IMG/VR virus record: IMGVR_UViG_3300001450_000023
Location: 15,790 to 79,789 of that record
DNA length: 64,000 bases
Reading direction: 5' to 3' (one strand)
Source of the DNA: a virus
Shown: positions 7,121-20,800 of the stretch, one piece after another
Layout: each line of letters opens with the position of its first letter
Numbering within the stretch: position 1 is the stretch's first letter
The notes under the pieces: generated by a model
Databases searched by the model: none
Told to the model about the DNA's origin: nothing
Seen by the model: the letters and a program-made list of their open reading frames with translations, nothing else
Made by a program: the position numbers and the translations under genes

Positions 7121-10100
7121 TTACCTACTAGGATATTTTTTCAAAAGATATGCACTTATTTGATTTTTTATCTTTTTTCTTTCTTGAGCAGTACTTCTTC
7201 TATTTTTTCTTTCTTCAAATTTTGTAATTAGTTTATCAACCAGTTCTCCTTTTTCAGTAGCTCTTTTTTGTTTATTTTCTCTTTTTCTTGTTTGTTCTTC
7301 AGTTTCATCATAATATTTTAATTTTTTTGAAAAACTTTTTGGATTAAATATTCTTTCTGTTTGACTTCTTAATCCTAAACCAAAGGGTTCTCCTTTAACA
7401 ACATCTTTAAGTATTCCTGGAAGAAAAGTTTTACTTATAGCTACTCCAAGTTTACTTTCCCCGCGATATATACCTGTAGTATATATATCATTTCCCATAG
7501 ACCACTCTGTATATGCATCTCCTATTTTTCCAATATCCTTAATAGTTTTCCAAGCTGCAGGAACTGCAGCTTCACCTAAAGCTGTAATATTTGCATTATA
7601 TTGAGTTATAGTTTGAAGAGAAGCATCTATTTTATTCATTAAAAGATTATAAGCTTGTCTATCTGGATCATCTTCATCATCATCTTCACCCCAAAATGTA
7701 GCATGAACCATTATCATCATTGCTATTTTTTGTAATGCTAATGCTAATTCTGTCATATTAGCACTCATATTTTTAGCATCTCTTTCAGTAAAAGTTTCAC
7801 TTATTCTTGATTCATAATTTCTAGAACCAAATTTTGAAACAAGATTTGAATCAACTTTTGCTATTGAAAGTATTCTTTGAATAGGCATTCCAATAGATTT
7901 TTGTAATAATATCATACTAGAATATGCTAAATCTTGAATGTAACCAAATGGACCACTAAATGCTACTGGTTTTTTTTGTCCATGTTTTTGCATCCACTTA
8001 TTACTTATAGTATTAGTCCATAAAATTGATCCCCCAAGTCCAGCCATTGCTGCTGCACCTACACCTCCTGTCATAAATCCTAAACTACCAAAAAATAAAG
8101 CTGATGATGGTGCTGTAAAACTATGATATCTACCTTTATATCCTTTTATACCTCCTAATAAATTATCTTGAGGTACTGCAAATCTTGAATATAAAGCATT
8201 TGGTAACCAAGTTTTAAACATACTAAATGCTCTACCTATAACATTATCTTTTATAAGCATTCCCCTATTAGTATTATAGTTACCATGTGCTTGGTTAATA
8301 GCAGATTCTACTCTAGTTTTAAAAGTTCTAAACTCTATGGTATTCATATTTTCCCATGAGTTAATATTATCAGCTGTATTATAAGGAGGTCTTAAATTAC
8401 CTTTTTCATCCATAGCATCCCATACTGATGTTTCATTTTCTCCATTTACATCTGTTATTTTTTGTTCTAATAACATTGAAACAAATACTGGAGATTGAAT
8501 AACATACTCAGTTCTCCTATTTAATTCCATTGGATGTAAATTATCTAATATAGTTGAAAATTCAGATACATCAGATGATTTTTGAAGCTCATTAGCTGAA
8601 TCTTGTAAGATATCAACTTTCTTCATTAATTTTTTTAATTTATTACCATCTTTCCAAAATTGTGGACTTTGAGTGGCAAATGTTCTAGTTACAATACCTT
8701 TTGCTCTCCAATAATTTGCTTCAGAAAAATAATCACCTTGTGCAGCAAGAATTAAATTAGAAGCTTCTCCTTCAGTATAATTAGTTATAGAAGATGAAAC
8801 ATTCCAACCTAAATTTTTAGTCCTTATTGCTGAAAGAAGTCCATCTATTGTACTAGTTATTGTCCATTGTCTACCTAATGAATTTATTTTATCTTTATAT
8901 TCTTTTATTTTTTTAGGATCTTTTTCATCTGAAACTAATTTTGTAAGAGTTTCTTTTAATCTTTTTTCTTCTTGATTTAGTATTCTGTTAAATGTAGTTT
9001 TATCTCCATTTATTACTGCTTGTGTTTTTTGTAACCAATTTTTAGCAGATTTTTTATCATCACCAGTAAATTCATCAGTAAGATCAATACTTGCTTCTCT
9101 ATCAAAATTTAATAATACTACCCTATTATACCAATTTTGATATCTTGCTTTTGCATTTTTTCTTTCATCATCACTATTACTTTGTCTACCAGCAACTTTA
9201 GTTAATGAAGCATCTTTAATAGAATCATAATGAGATTTTAATAAATCTATAATAGGCTTACTATTAACTCTTGATCTATATTTAGCTCCTAATTCAGAAT
9301 ACATTTTTAATACTCTAGGTAAATCAAAAGATTTATTTTCAGCAATTTTGTGTTGAGCTGCTGATTTAAAAAATACTTTAGGTGAAAATGATTCTGGTAA
9401 TTTTGATTTAACTTTACTAAGTTCACCATTAGTTAAATTTAAATTATGTGCTAAAACTTCTAATGCAGTATCTTTTACTGAACTAAGTGCTATTTTTCCT
9501 GATGGCAATTTATCACCATTTCTTTCATATTCTTTTTTAAATAGCTCATATTCTGCATTTGCTATATTATTTATAGTAGTTAAATTTTGAGATAAAAATG
9601 AAGAGTTTACTTCATAATTAGTTTTACCTGTTATATAATTTATTTTAGCATGATTTATTTGATTTTCTATACCTACTGTAAAAATTTCTCCTAAATTTCG
9701 CCACATTGTTGTAGCACCTTTTAAAAATTTATCAAGAGGTCCAACAGATTCTGCTGTTATTTCATTAAATGCTTTTTTAAATGCAGGTATAGAATTTACA
9801 TTTAATTTATCTTGTATTTCAACAGGAAAACCTTCTTTAACTTCTTTAAGAATACTCATCATTTCTGTATAAAAATTATACAAATTTGTATTTCCATCAA
9901 TTTTGTTAAAATTAGCATCATAATAATCAGTTTTATTATCTGTATCTGATACTACATATTTTTTATTTTTTGTAGAAAGTTTTGCAGTATTTTTTCTAGG
10001 AATACTAATATTATATTCCATTCTAGGTAACATATCTATACCAAAAGTATTACCTACAGAATTTGAATATTCAATTGCAATGAATGGTGAATTTTGTATG

Positions 10101-11839
10101 AGATATTTATCATACTCTTTTTTATTATCTTTTAATTCTTTTTTTATTACTTCAGCATTTAATAAGAATTTTTTTACTAATCTTTTTTGTTTAGCTATTT
10201 CTTCTTTATAACCATTTTCACCAAGATTATCTTTTAATTCTTTTATATGTGCATCAATTTGTTCTTGAGTTGCACCACTTTCAAATAAAGGATTATTTTT
10301 AAATTCTTCAATTATTTCAGGAATTAAACTAGGATTAATTTGAATAGTATTTTTTAAATACCATTTTTTTCTTTCTTCTAAAGCTTTATTTAAAGCTTTT
10401 TGTCTTTGAGCTGGGTTAACTATATTTCTAGCTTCAGTAATTTTATAATCAAAATCATCTTCCATGACATTTCTATCATTAAAGAATTTAGTAGCATATC
10501 TATATATAAGATCACCAGTATTATTTCCAAATTCATCTATTTGTTTAAATATGTCCCAGCTTTTAATTTTTTTATTAAAAAATATTCCTCCTGAAGAAGC
10601 ATCACCTAAACCTTCTTTAGCTTTTTCAGAAAGTTTTTCAATTCTTTCAACTTGTTTTCTTGATATTGCTAATTCTTTATTTTCATCATCTTGTAATATA
10701 GCTAAAGATACATCAGGTAATACTGCATCTTCAGAAAAAATACCCATAGTAATATCCATTACAAATTTATCAACCCAATTAATATCTATTAAACTTTTAG
10801 TTATATCTTCATAACTAAATTCCTGATCTTTTATATTTTTAAATTGGCTATTTTCATTTACTATTTTTGTTACTCTTTCTTGTTCAAGTGCAGCTATTTT
10901 ATTTTGATATACATTAGCTTTGAGATATAATTCATTATATAAATCTTTTTCAACTTTATCAATTTCATTATATAATTCAGAAGTAGAAAAATTTTCACCA
11001 TATATAGAATGAGTTTTACCTTTTTCCATATTCATTCCATGATAGAAATCTACAATTTGATTAATTTCAATTAACTCAGAAGCAGTTCTTGTTCCTGGTT
11101 TATTCATTAAATAATCAAGCCTTTGAAAATCAGCTTCTGCAACAGACTTTAATGATTTTAAAGTTTTATTTTCTGTAAGCTCTTGAAGTTCATTTTCTAT
11201 ATCAGATAATGTTTTATTTAATCTTAATTCTACTTTTACAGCAGTTTGTAATAAATCTTTAAATCTTTGTTTTTGTTCAGGAGAACTTGCTTTAGCAGAC
11301 TCTATTTGTTTTTTAGAATTTTTAATTTTAGCTATTCTATTTCTAACTATATTTTTTTGTCTAATTTTATATTGTATTAAATTAGAATGACCATCTCTTG
11401 TAGCAAGAGTTACATTTTCATAAAATTCATCTGGATTGTTAACATTAAAATTTATTTTTTCAAATTCAGGATTAACACTTAATAAAGGTTTTATATCACC
11501 TAAACTTTCTACAGTATAAACACCATCTTCTACTATACTACTATTTACATATACAGGTTCATTGTTTGGAAATTTTGTAAATTTAAGTTTAGAATTATCT
11601 GTATTATTCTTATCTAAATATAAAAGAAGAGGTTCACCATTTACATCTACAGCTTTAGAATCACCAAACCAATCTATAAAATCATCAGTATAAGTTGTCA
11701 TCCATGCATTTAAAGCTGCATTTTTATTACCTAATAGTTTATTTAAATCTGAAAATAATTCAGATTCTTTACCATTAGCAGCACTAACTTTTTCTATTTC
11801 GTTAGTCTTTTTATTTGTTACAAAACATGCTTTAGCCAT
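7121..11839 (-). CDS. large virion/ejected cargo protein (crAss-like), with a degenerate ART-like N-terminus and C-terminal hydrophobic helices
   Basis: 1572 aa, adjacent to the vRNAP; WFGDSKAVDVNGEP motif; F..FKTW motif; TM-like segment. Confidence 0.75.
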   Translation of the reverse strand: MAKACFVTNKKTNEIEKVSAANGKESELFSDLNKLLGNKNAALNAWMTTYTDDFIDWFGDSKAVDVNGEPLLLYLDKNNTDNSKLKFTKFPNNEPVYVNSSIVEDGVYTVESLGDIKPLLSVNPEFEKINFNVNNPDEFYENVTLATRDGHSNLIQYKIRQKNIVRNRIAKIKNSKKQIESAKASSPEQKQRFKDLLQTAVKVELRLNKTLSDIENELQELTENKTLKSLKSVAEADFQRLDYLMNKPGTRTASELIEINQIVDFYHGMNMEKGKTHSIYGENFSTSELYNEIDKVEKDLYNELYLKANVYQNKIAALEQERVTKIVNENSQFKNIKDQEFSYEDITKSLIDINWVDKFVMDITMGIFSEDAVLPDVSLAILQDDENKELAISRKQVERIEKLSEKAKEGLGDASSGGIFFNKKIKSWDIFKQIDEFGNNTGDLIYRYATKFFNDRNVMEDDFDYKITEARNIVNPAQRQKALNKALEERKKWYLKNTIQINPSLIPEIIEEFKNNPLFESGATQEQIDAHIKELKDNLGENGYKEEIAKQKRLVKKFLLNAEVIKKELKDNKKEYDKYLIQNSPFIAIEYSNSVGNTFGIDMLPRMEYNISIPRKNTAKLSTKNKKYVVSDTDNKTDYYDANFNKIDGNTNLYNFYTEMMSILKEVKEGFPVEIQDKLNVNSIPAFKKAFNEITAESVGPLDKFLKGATTMWRNLGEIFTVGIENQINHAKINYITGKTNYEVNSSFLSQNLTTINNIANAEYELFKKEYERNGDKLPSGKIALSSVKDTALEVLAHNLNLTNGELSKVKSKLPESFSPKVFFKSAAQHKIAENKSFDLPRVLKMYSELGAKYRSRVNSKPIIDLLKSHYDSIKDASLTKVAGRQSNSDDERKNAKARYQNWYNRVVLLNFDREASIDLTDEFTGDDKKSAKNWLQKTQAVINGDKTTFNRILNQEEKRLKETLTKLVSDEKDPKKIKEYKDKINSLGRQWTITSTIDGLLSAIRTKNLGWNVSSSITNYTEGEASNLILAAQGDYFSEANYWRAKGIVTRTFATQSPQFWKDGNKLKKLMKKVDILQDSANELQKSSDVSEFSTILDNLHPMELNRRTEYVIQSPVFVSMLLEQKITDVNGENETSVWDAMDEKGNLRPPYNTADNINSWENMNTIEFRTFKTRVESAINQAHGNYNTNRGMLIKDNVIGRAFSMFKTWLPNALYSRFAVPQDNLLGGIKGYKGRYHSFTAPSSALFFGSLGFMTGGVGAAAMAGLGGSILWTNTISNKWMQKHGQKKPVAFSGPFGYIQDLAYSSMILLQKSIGMPIQRILSIAKVDSNLVSKFGSRNYESRISETFTERDAKNMSANMTELALALQKIAMMIMVHATFWGEDDDEDDPDRQAYNLLMNKIDASLQTITQYNANITALGEAAVPAAWKTIKDIGKIGDAYTEWSMGNDIYTTGIYRGESKLGVAISKTFLPGILKDVVKGEPFGLGLRSQTERIFNPKSFSKKLKYYDETEEQTRKRENKQKRATEKGELVDKLITKFEERKNRRSTAQERKKIKNQISAYLLKKYPSR

Positions 11840-14800
11840 TACCTACAGTTATTTTCTGATTTATCAATAAGATTTTCTATTTGTTTTTTATTACCTGCTT
11901 CCATTACAGCTGCTTCTATTCTATTTTGTGCATCATAATATCCCCATTCTCCTTCCAATCTCCCTTTAATAATATCACCAGCTAGTGTTTTATTATCTGT
12001 ATCATTGCTTTCATATAATTGAACTAAGTTATTTATTTCTTCTTCTGAAAATTGATTATTTATATCTAATTTTTTAATAATTTTTTCAAAATCAAAAGGA
12101 ATTATATCTTGACTAACTATAACACCATATCCTGTTGTTGAAGCATTAGAAAAAGCTTCACGATATTCTTTTTCAGATATTTCTTCAACTTTACCATAAT
12201 CTTCAAGACCATATTGATTATTTTCATAATATTTATTATCTGAAGTTTTAAAATAATTTTGATATCGATTATCACTACCAAATTTTTCTACAACACTTTT
12301 TAAAGGAATCTTAACTCTTATTGTAAGATTTTGCATTTCTGGTGGAAATAATTCAAAAATTGTAGCCATATTATTACCAAGACTAAATAATTCTAATTGA
12401 TTTATAGGATTATTAATAATTGTTTTAATTTCATCAGAAATTTTATTTTGTTTAATTATATCACTTTCAATTCCATAATATGTTTCACGATCTCCATATC
12501 CCTCCATTTTCCATTCTAAATCCATAAATTTATCTGTCAAATTATTTAATGATTCAATAACTGATGAATCATCAATTGATGGAGAAAATAAAGTTAATTG
12601 TTCTCCACCATTTTTCTTATCTTTTTTTAATTCAGTTAATTCATTTTCTAAAATTTTAATTTCAGATTTTAATGCTACCATTTCTGAATTTTTAACATCT
12701 CCTCTAAGTTGTTTATATTTCTTTTTACCTGTTAATAATATTTCAATTATTTCATCTCTAATTTCCATTTCTGATAAAACAACACCTGCTTTTTCTGCAG
12801 GAATCATCATATCTTCTGCAGCTCTTTCAACACTAACTCCCTTTTTACCTATAAAAGAAGGGTTAATATCTTTTTTAGAACCTATTTTTCCACCTGTTTC
12901 TTTTTGTGCTGAATCAGGAGTTATTTTAGGTAAATTATCTAAAATAAATAAATAAGGATTAGTATCAAGCATTTCTGATTCCATTTGCAATTGATTTAAT
13001 TCCCTTTCTTTTATTGCTATTTCTTGCTCTTTATTTTCTATTTGTTCATCAATTTGCAATTTAGATTGTATGATAGGTTTTCCTGCATAAAGATTTCTTA
13101 AATCTTGACCAGGCTCTCTTAATTCTTCAACAACTTTATTTCTAGATATAACTAATGCTTTATTATTATCTATCATAAATACATCATTACCTGCATAGGT
13201 TGTAATGTTATTTTTTTGTAGATCATTATCAGAAAAGAATCTTTTATTATATTCTGATTTATCATATTGATATAAATAATTAGCTACACCTTTTGCTATT
13301 TGTAATTCATCAGTTATTTCTTCTTGAGAAGAATTAAATAATTTTGGATTAGTATTAACATCTTTTATTGTATATGGTAATTTACCAATTGTAATATTAA
13401 ATTCATCTTTTTTAGTATCTAATAAATTATTAACATCATTAATAACTTTATCAGCATCATTAATATCAGGTTGTATAGAAGTAATTTTTTTCTTAGTTTG
13501 TATTTCTGCTATTTGGAATAAAGAATCAAATGCAGCAGATAAAACATCTACATTTTCTGCATCTAAATTAAGACTTGTTTTTACATTATTTACTAAATCA
13601 ATTAATACTTTTTTAATTCTTTGTAGAACAGATTCACCAGAATTTTTATATCCCATTTTATCTAACTCTGCTCTAAAATTATCATTTGATAATAAAGATA
13701 AAAACTCTTTAAGATTAGTAAGACCATAAGCAGTATATTCATTATTACTAAGTCCTTCAAAATTATCTCTTTTAACTATAGTAGATGCAATTACTCCTGG
13801 ATTGTCTTTTTCAAATTTACCTCTTGCATAATTGAATACAGTTACTAAATCTCTAACTGGTTTAGGAATATCAGGAACACTTTTTAAATTAGCTCTACCA
13901 TCTTGTTCTATTTCTACATATTTCTCTAAGGTAGTTTCAGTTACAGCATGTATTAATTCATGAATTAATTTTTCAGCAACTGTACTTTCATCATTTGTAT
14001 TTAAAAATTTTGAATCAATATAAATAGTATTATTAAGATAAGCTCCAGCTGCTTTATATTTAGTTAAATCTCTAACTACTAATTTAATATCATCAGGTAA
14101 TATTTGATTTAATGTTTCAGCAAGATAAGATAAATTACCTAAATCAGCATTAACTATAGAGTCTATACTTTTTTGTAAATTTCCATCTTTAATATGATTT
14201 TTAGTATTAACAGCAGAAGATTCTTCTATAGAATCTGAAGAACTCTCCATACCAGCATATTTATCTTCTATTCCCTTTTCTATTAAATCATTTTTTTCTT
14301 CTTTTGATTTAAGAATTGTAACTATAGAATCATTACTAGTATTTATATCATATTCATTAGTACCAAAAGTACTTAATTTATCAGCTCTTTTCCACTTATT
14401 AGGACCTATTCTATAAAATGGATATCTTTCTCCTTCAACTTTAAACTTATACATTCCAGCATAATATTCAAGTTCTGCTTTATTTTTAGAATTTGCTAAT
14501 GGGAAACTTATTGTTTGATCTTTAGAATTATATTTTGGTTTTCTAGGAGGAGATTGTAACTCATTAGTATTATGTTGAAAATATTGAATTTGCCATCTAG
14601 ATGGATATTCATTTTTATTTTCATCAGATGCAATAGGTTGCACCATACTATTTAAATCACTATTTTCATTATAAGCAACACTATCATATCCAGTTGCTAA
14701 TAAATATGATACAGGGATAAATTTAGAAAATTGTATAGCTTCTTGTACACCACCTTCTAATAAAGAATAATTTACAAGATCTTGTGCTAACATTCTTGTA

Positions 14801-17800
14801 GTATATGGTTTTCCATTAAATGGAGGTAATGGTAAATTTCTTTGAATTAAAGTAGGAATAGAATTATATAATCTTGTTTTATCTAAATCTTGACTTGTTG
14901 CATTATTATATTTAATTAATGATAATCCATTATCATTATCTATTTCATACTCAAATGATTTAATCAATGGATTTTTTAATACCATTGCTTTTACAATCAT
15001 ATCATCAGAACCATTTAAAGAATTTAAATATTTAGCTAATGATTCACCATCTTTTTCAGTAAATGATCTTTGTCTTTCATCAAATACATTGTCTGTACTA
15101 AATAATGATAAATTACTACTGTTAATTAATTTAGTAAATTCTTTTTTAGTTTTTTGATTAGCTTCAATTACTTGTAATTCATTAGTAGAATCTATATTCC
15201 TTAAACTTGCTATTTGACTAAGAGCATTACTTAAATTTCCTTGATCATATGGAAAATGTTGTTGCCATAATTCATGAGCAGAATACACAGAATTAGCTAT
15301 CATTTTACCTGCTATAGTAGTTGGAGTAAATGTTAATACTGTTCCTTCTCTTTCTAAAATTACAACATCACCTTCTTCAGCTTGAGATTTCTCTGAAACT
15401 TTTCCAAATAATTTTAAAAATGGAGAATAAACTTCTTTTGATTTTCTTACATCTGCTCCAGCAATTTTAGATAAACTTGGATCTTCTAAAAATAAAGATT
15501 CAAATTTTTGTTTTTTAGCTATAACATCAAAGAAAGATTTACCTAAACCTTGTGAATCTATATTTAATAAAGATTGTACTTTTCTTAATTGTTTTCCTTG
15601 AGTATTATAGTCTAAAAATCTTTCTAAAATTAAATATTGTGTTTTAGGATCATTGCCTTTATTTTGAATTTGTTGCTGTAAAACACTTCCATTTATTTCT
15701 TTAAATTCATTATCAATAGCTCTTTTAATAAGTGCAGCATCTTCTGGCATTAAAGCATTTTTTAAATCAAATTGTGATAATATTAATAATGTATCTGAAT
15801 CATCTCCAATATATTTATCATAAACTATCTTTAAAGCTTCTGCTTGTTTATCTTCAACATAAGGAGCTATAATTGAATTTAAGTTTATTAAAGTGTTTAC
15901 ATAATCTCTAATAATAGGTTGATTTAAAAATAATCCAACTATAGAATTACCATTTTCATCTTTATCAAATCCCATTAAAGTCATTACTTTATCTACATCA
16001 AATGTTTCTTTATTTAAAAACAATTTTTCTAATGCCTGTTCTTTAGCATTATCTGTAGCTAAGTTTTGTCTTGCTGTTAATACATCAGAAATATCTCTTT
16101 GATTTGGTCCTGCTGTTTTTAAATCACCATAAAATTTATTAGATGTAATACTTCCAAAAGAATTTTGTGAAGTTGCAATAGAATTTTGATTTAATAAAGA
16201 ATGGAATACCACATCTATTGAATATGCACCAATACCTACTTTACCAGATGCACCAAGTTTTACTAAATTTTTCTGATAACTATCAGATAACATAGTAAAT
16301 GATTCTCCAGTATTAATATCATCAGCATTTGCAAAAGTAACTAAATCATCTATTTTTTGAGCTTGTCCTTTTTCCCATTCCATAGATAATGCTTTACTTA
16401 TCTTGGATTGCATTTTAGGATTAGATAATACAGAAGAATGTATTTTAACAATATTATTTTTATATATTTTTTTAAGTCTATCCTTTAACTCTTTTATCCT
16501 TTCAGGACTTTTTGGAGTTTTTGAATCTAACTCACTTTGTATTTTTTCTACATTATCAGAAATTACTTTTATATTACCATTTTTATCTACATAATGATAT
16601 AGACTGTAATTAGTTTGTTTATCAATATCAAAATCAAGACCTACTTGAGTAAGAGTATTTCTAGGAACAACCATTAAATCACCAGCTTTAGGTGGTAAAA
16701 ATCCTACAATTTCTACATCTAACATAGATTGGTGTGATGAAGTAGGAGTTCTAAAAGATATATTAGATAATAATTCTTTATCAAATTTATCTTTTTTAAG
16801 CACATATTTATCATTTTTTAATTCTACATATCCATCAAATAAATCTATTAAATTACCTTTACTATCTTTAAATCTAGAAGGAAGATAAACTTGTGTTTTA
16901 TGAACTATAGAACCATCTTTATTTATTTGAATTCCTTTTAAATCTCCATCAAAATTTTCATCTAAATAAATAATTTGATTCTCAATATCTTCTGAAACTT
17001 CAGTTACTTGTTTATAACCTTCTGGAGAAGATACTACAAAAGTATTTCCTGGAAATTTTAATTTAGCTATTCTATTTGAAACTACAGAGTTAAGTAATGC
17101 TTCTAAATTATTAGAACTTGGAGATAGCCATAATGGTAATTTAAATTGATATCCTGTTATTTTTCCACTACCATCTTTTGCATAAGTGTAATCTATTTCT
17201 AAAGAATCAACAACCTGTTGTTCATAATTTCTTTCTTCAGCTTCCTCTTTTAATAATTTTTTTAATTTATTAGCAGTTTTTTCAATATCTTTAGGTATTC
17301 CAGTTTTAACATCAATACCTAATTCATCATATAAAGTTTCTTTTTCAAGATCTAAAAGGTCATTAAAATTATCAAAGAATTTTCTTTCTAATGCAGAACC
17401 ATCAATAGATTCACCTTTGTATTGAAAACCTTTCATACTAGTTACACCATTACCAAATAACAGTTTAGTAGTTTGTGTACCTTGTGATACTGTATCTTTT
17501 TTGCCTTTATATGGAACTTCTTGTTGTATTCTGAAATTTTTTCTATCTAATAATAAAGAAGAATTTTCAAATTCTTTTACTAAGGTGTCAACATCATTTT
17601 GCATGATATTGCCATTATCATCAAATATAGTTGCTGAATTTGAATTTGCTCCTACTTTATTTGCAGTATTATATGATAATCTAACTTTTTTATCACCACT
17701 CTTTGCTTCAAGTTTTTCCATTGCTTGTCTTACTACATCTAATTGTGTACCTTCAGTTATCTGAGGAAGCAATGGGATAGAAGATGATTTTATATATACA

Positions 17801-20800
17801 GTTCTAAATAAAGGATTGTCTTGTGTTCCTTCTATAATTTGACCTGTGTATACAGGTTTCATAGGTTGATATACAAATGCAATTAATTCTTTTTCTTCAG
17901 CATTCATATCTTTTAATGCCTTACCTGATTCTACTAATTCTATTGCATTTTCTAATCTTGCACTATCAATTAATCCAGGATTTGCTTTACCTAATTTTTC
18001 TAATACATGAACATGCTCTTTCCAAGTTGTATATTCTTGGGCATCTGTACTTTCTATATTAAAGAAAGGTTTTGTATTAGGATATTTATTAATAAATGCA
18101 TCTAATTTATCTGAATCATTTTTTACTCTATCATATTCATTTTGATCAAAAGTTTTGTTATCTAATAATTTAGTTAAAGATGCTAAGTTATTAGCAGGAC
18201 CTTCTAAATCATTTACAAAAATTTGAATATATTGTTCTTGATCTGAGTCAGCAAGTTTATTACCAGGAGCTATCATTGCTGCTAATCTCTTATTAATATT
18301 TTCAGCAGTATTTTTAGATATATCAGCAAAATTATCAGCCTTAGATCTTTTATAATACATTGCAGGATCTCCTGCTAATAGCATAAACTGATTAGAATTT
18401 GATATCATATTATTTACAACAAATTCTATTGCTGAATATATAATTTTATTATTATCAGAAAGATTAGGATCAATAGAATTAAATTTATTTAAATAATCTA
18501 CATCTAATAATTTATTATCATAAACTTTAAGTTCTCCTAAAGGACTAGATTCTACAATATTATAAGTTTCCCAATCATTTAATTTTTGTTTATATTGAAT
18601 TCCAACAGTCTTAGTTAAATAATTTTTTGCTTCTTTTTCAAAATTTTCTAAAAAATTAAATTCATCAGGGTTTGTATTTTTTAAATTTTCTTTATCATTA
18701 TTTAAATATTGTTGCATTAATTTTGGAAATCCTTCTATATCATTAGCTAACTCTGTTAATGTTTTTTTCTTTCCTTTATAATCAATAATTAAAGAATTTA
18801 AGTTAGGGAACATTAAAAATGATCCAGCACCTTTATTATATCCTTTTATATTTGAACCAATTTTTTCATTTAAAAAATTAGTAATTCTTTCAAATTCAGG
18901 TAATACAGTTTGTTCATATAATATATTAATCATATTTTCCCCAGGAACAACATCCCCATCTTCTTTTAAGATAAAATCATCAGCTTTTCTAAAATCTAAT
19001 GTGGGCATTGATATTGTATTAATATTAGACTTATCAGAATTAGTTAATCCTAAATAAGTAGCTGTTCTTAATAAAACACCTTGATAATTTTGCCCTTTAA
19101 AAGCACCTTGTTTCATATCAGTATATAAACCAAGTTTAACCATTTCATGGTCAGCTTCACTAAGGTCTTGTAACTTTGTTCCTTGATATGCTTTTTGCTT
19201 TCTTTGCTTTATAGATTCTAATGATAAATAATCTATACTAAATGTATTTCTAAGTTTAGTATTTTCAAGCAATTCTAATAACATAGAATGTTTAGAAAAT
19301 GCTTGCTGTAATAATTGTTTTCTTAAAAAAGGATCATTTTTTAATTCCTGCTCTCTTTCCTTAATATATGTTTTATTAATATGAGTTTGCAAAGTCTTTT
19401 TTGCAACTCTAAAAGAAGTTGGACTTATAGTATTTGCAAATAAAGCTTCTTCTATTGCATAATTTTTTAATATTGTTTCTTTTAAAATATTATTATCTTC
19501 TACAAGATTATTGTCTTTATTAATACTTGATAATTTATCTTTAATAATTTTTATTAAAGATAAAGGACTAGCTTGACCAAAACTTTCTTGAAAAGTTTTT
19601 CTACTATTTTCTGAATTTATATAAATACCATTATCAATAATATTTTTAATATTATCACTTGATAATACTATACCTACTTCTTCTAGAACAGATTGTAATT
19701 CTTTTATACTATTATCTAAATCTATTTTTTTCCCAAGTCTATCATATAAACTTAAAGCACTAGGAGTTTCTTTTACTTTATCATTAACTATAGAATATAC
19801 TTTATTATCTTTAATAAAGGTAGAACCTTCTGTTAGTTGAATACCTGCTTTTTGTAATGATGCTAAATTTTGATTTTTTATATCTTTATCAAAATCATCT
19901 ATTTTAGCTTGTGTTCGTTTTCTAACAATTTTACCCCCAGGTTTTTCATAAATATTATTTAATCTTTTAATAACTCTATCAACTTCATTTATATTATATG
20001 TATAAACACCATTGTCATCTCTTTCAATTAAAGAAGAGTCTTTAAGATTATTTTCAAATCTTTTTAAAATAATATTTGCAACTTCACTAGAATTAGAATT
20101 CATCACTTTAACATGAGGTTTTCCTTTTGAGTCTATTGAAAACATTACAAATTTCATATTCAATTTGCTCTTATCAAAAAATGATAAAAATTGATTTTGA
20201 ACTTTTTCAGGTTCAGCATTAAATTTATCTATAACCTCTTGTAAAAATGGGAATGCTTTTACATATTGATTAAGTGTAGCTAATTGTACTTTTTTAGAGC
20301 CACCAGCATTTGATAATATTTGTTGTAATATTTCTACAGTTGTATCTACAGGAATAACAGATGGTAATCCTAAAAAGTCAGTCATTGTATTAAAATCTTT
20401 ATCAACTTCTTTAATACCAGTAAGTAATTCTCTTACTTCTGCTGAAATAGAATTTTTACCACCCTCTTCTAAAGCATTTTGAGAATAATTTTTTTCTTTT
20501 TGATTTTCTTCAGATTGATTCTCTTCAAATTTATCAGGAGTTGAGACTTCTTTTAAATTTGTTTTTTTAAGAGCTTCCTCAATTATACCTTCTTTATTAT
20601 TTGATATATTATTAAGATAGTCTATTAGATGTTCATATTTTCTAATATATTCATCTTTTTGTTTTTCATCCCCAATTAATTCTTTTATTTGCTCAATTCT
20701 TTCTAAGTAGTGTTGTTTTTTTACATCTACATAATTAGATAATTGATTGTCTATTTCTTCTTTAAGTTCTGATGCAATTAAAGGTTTATCTCTATTATCT

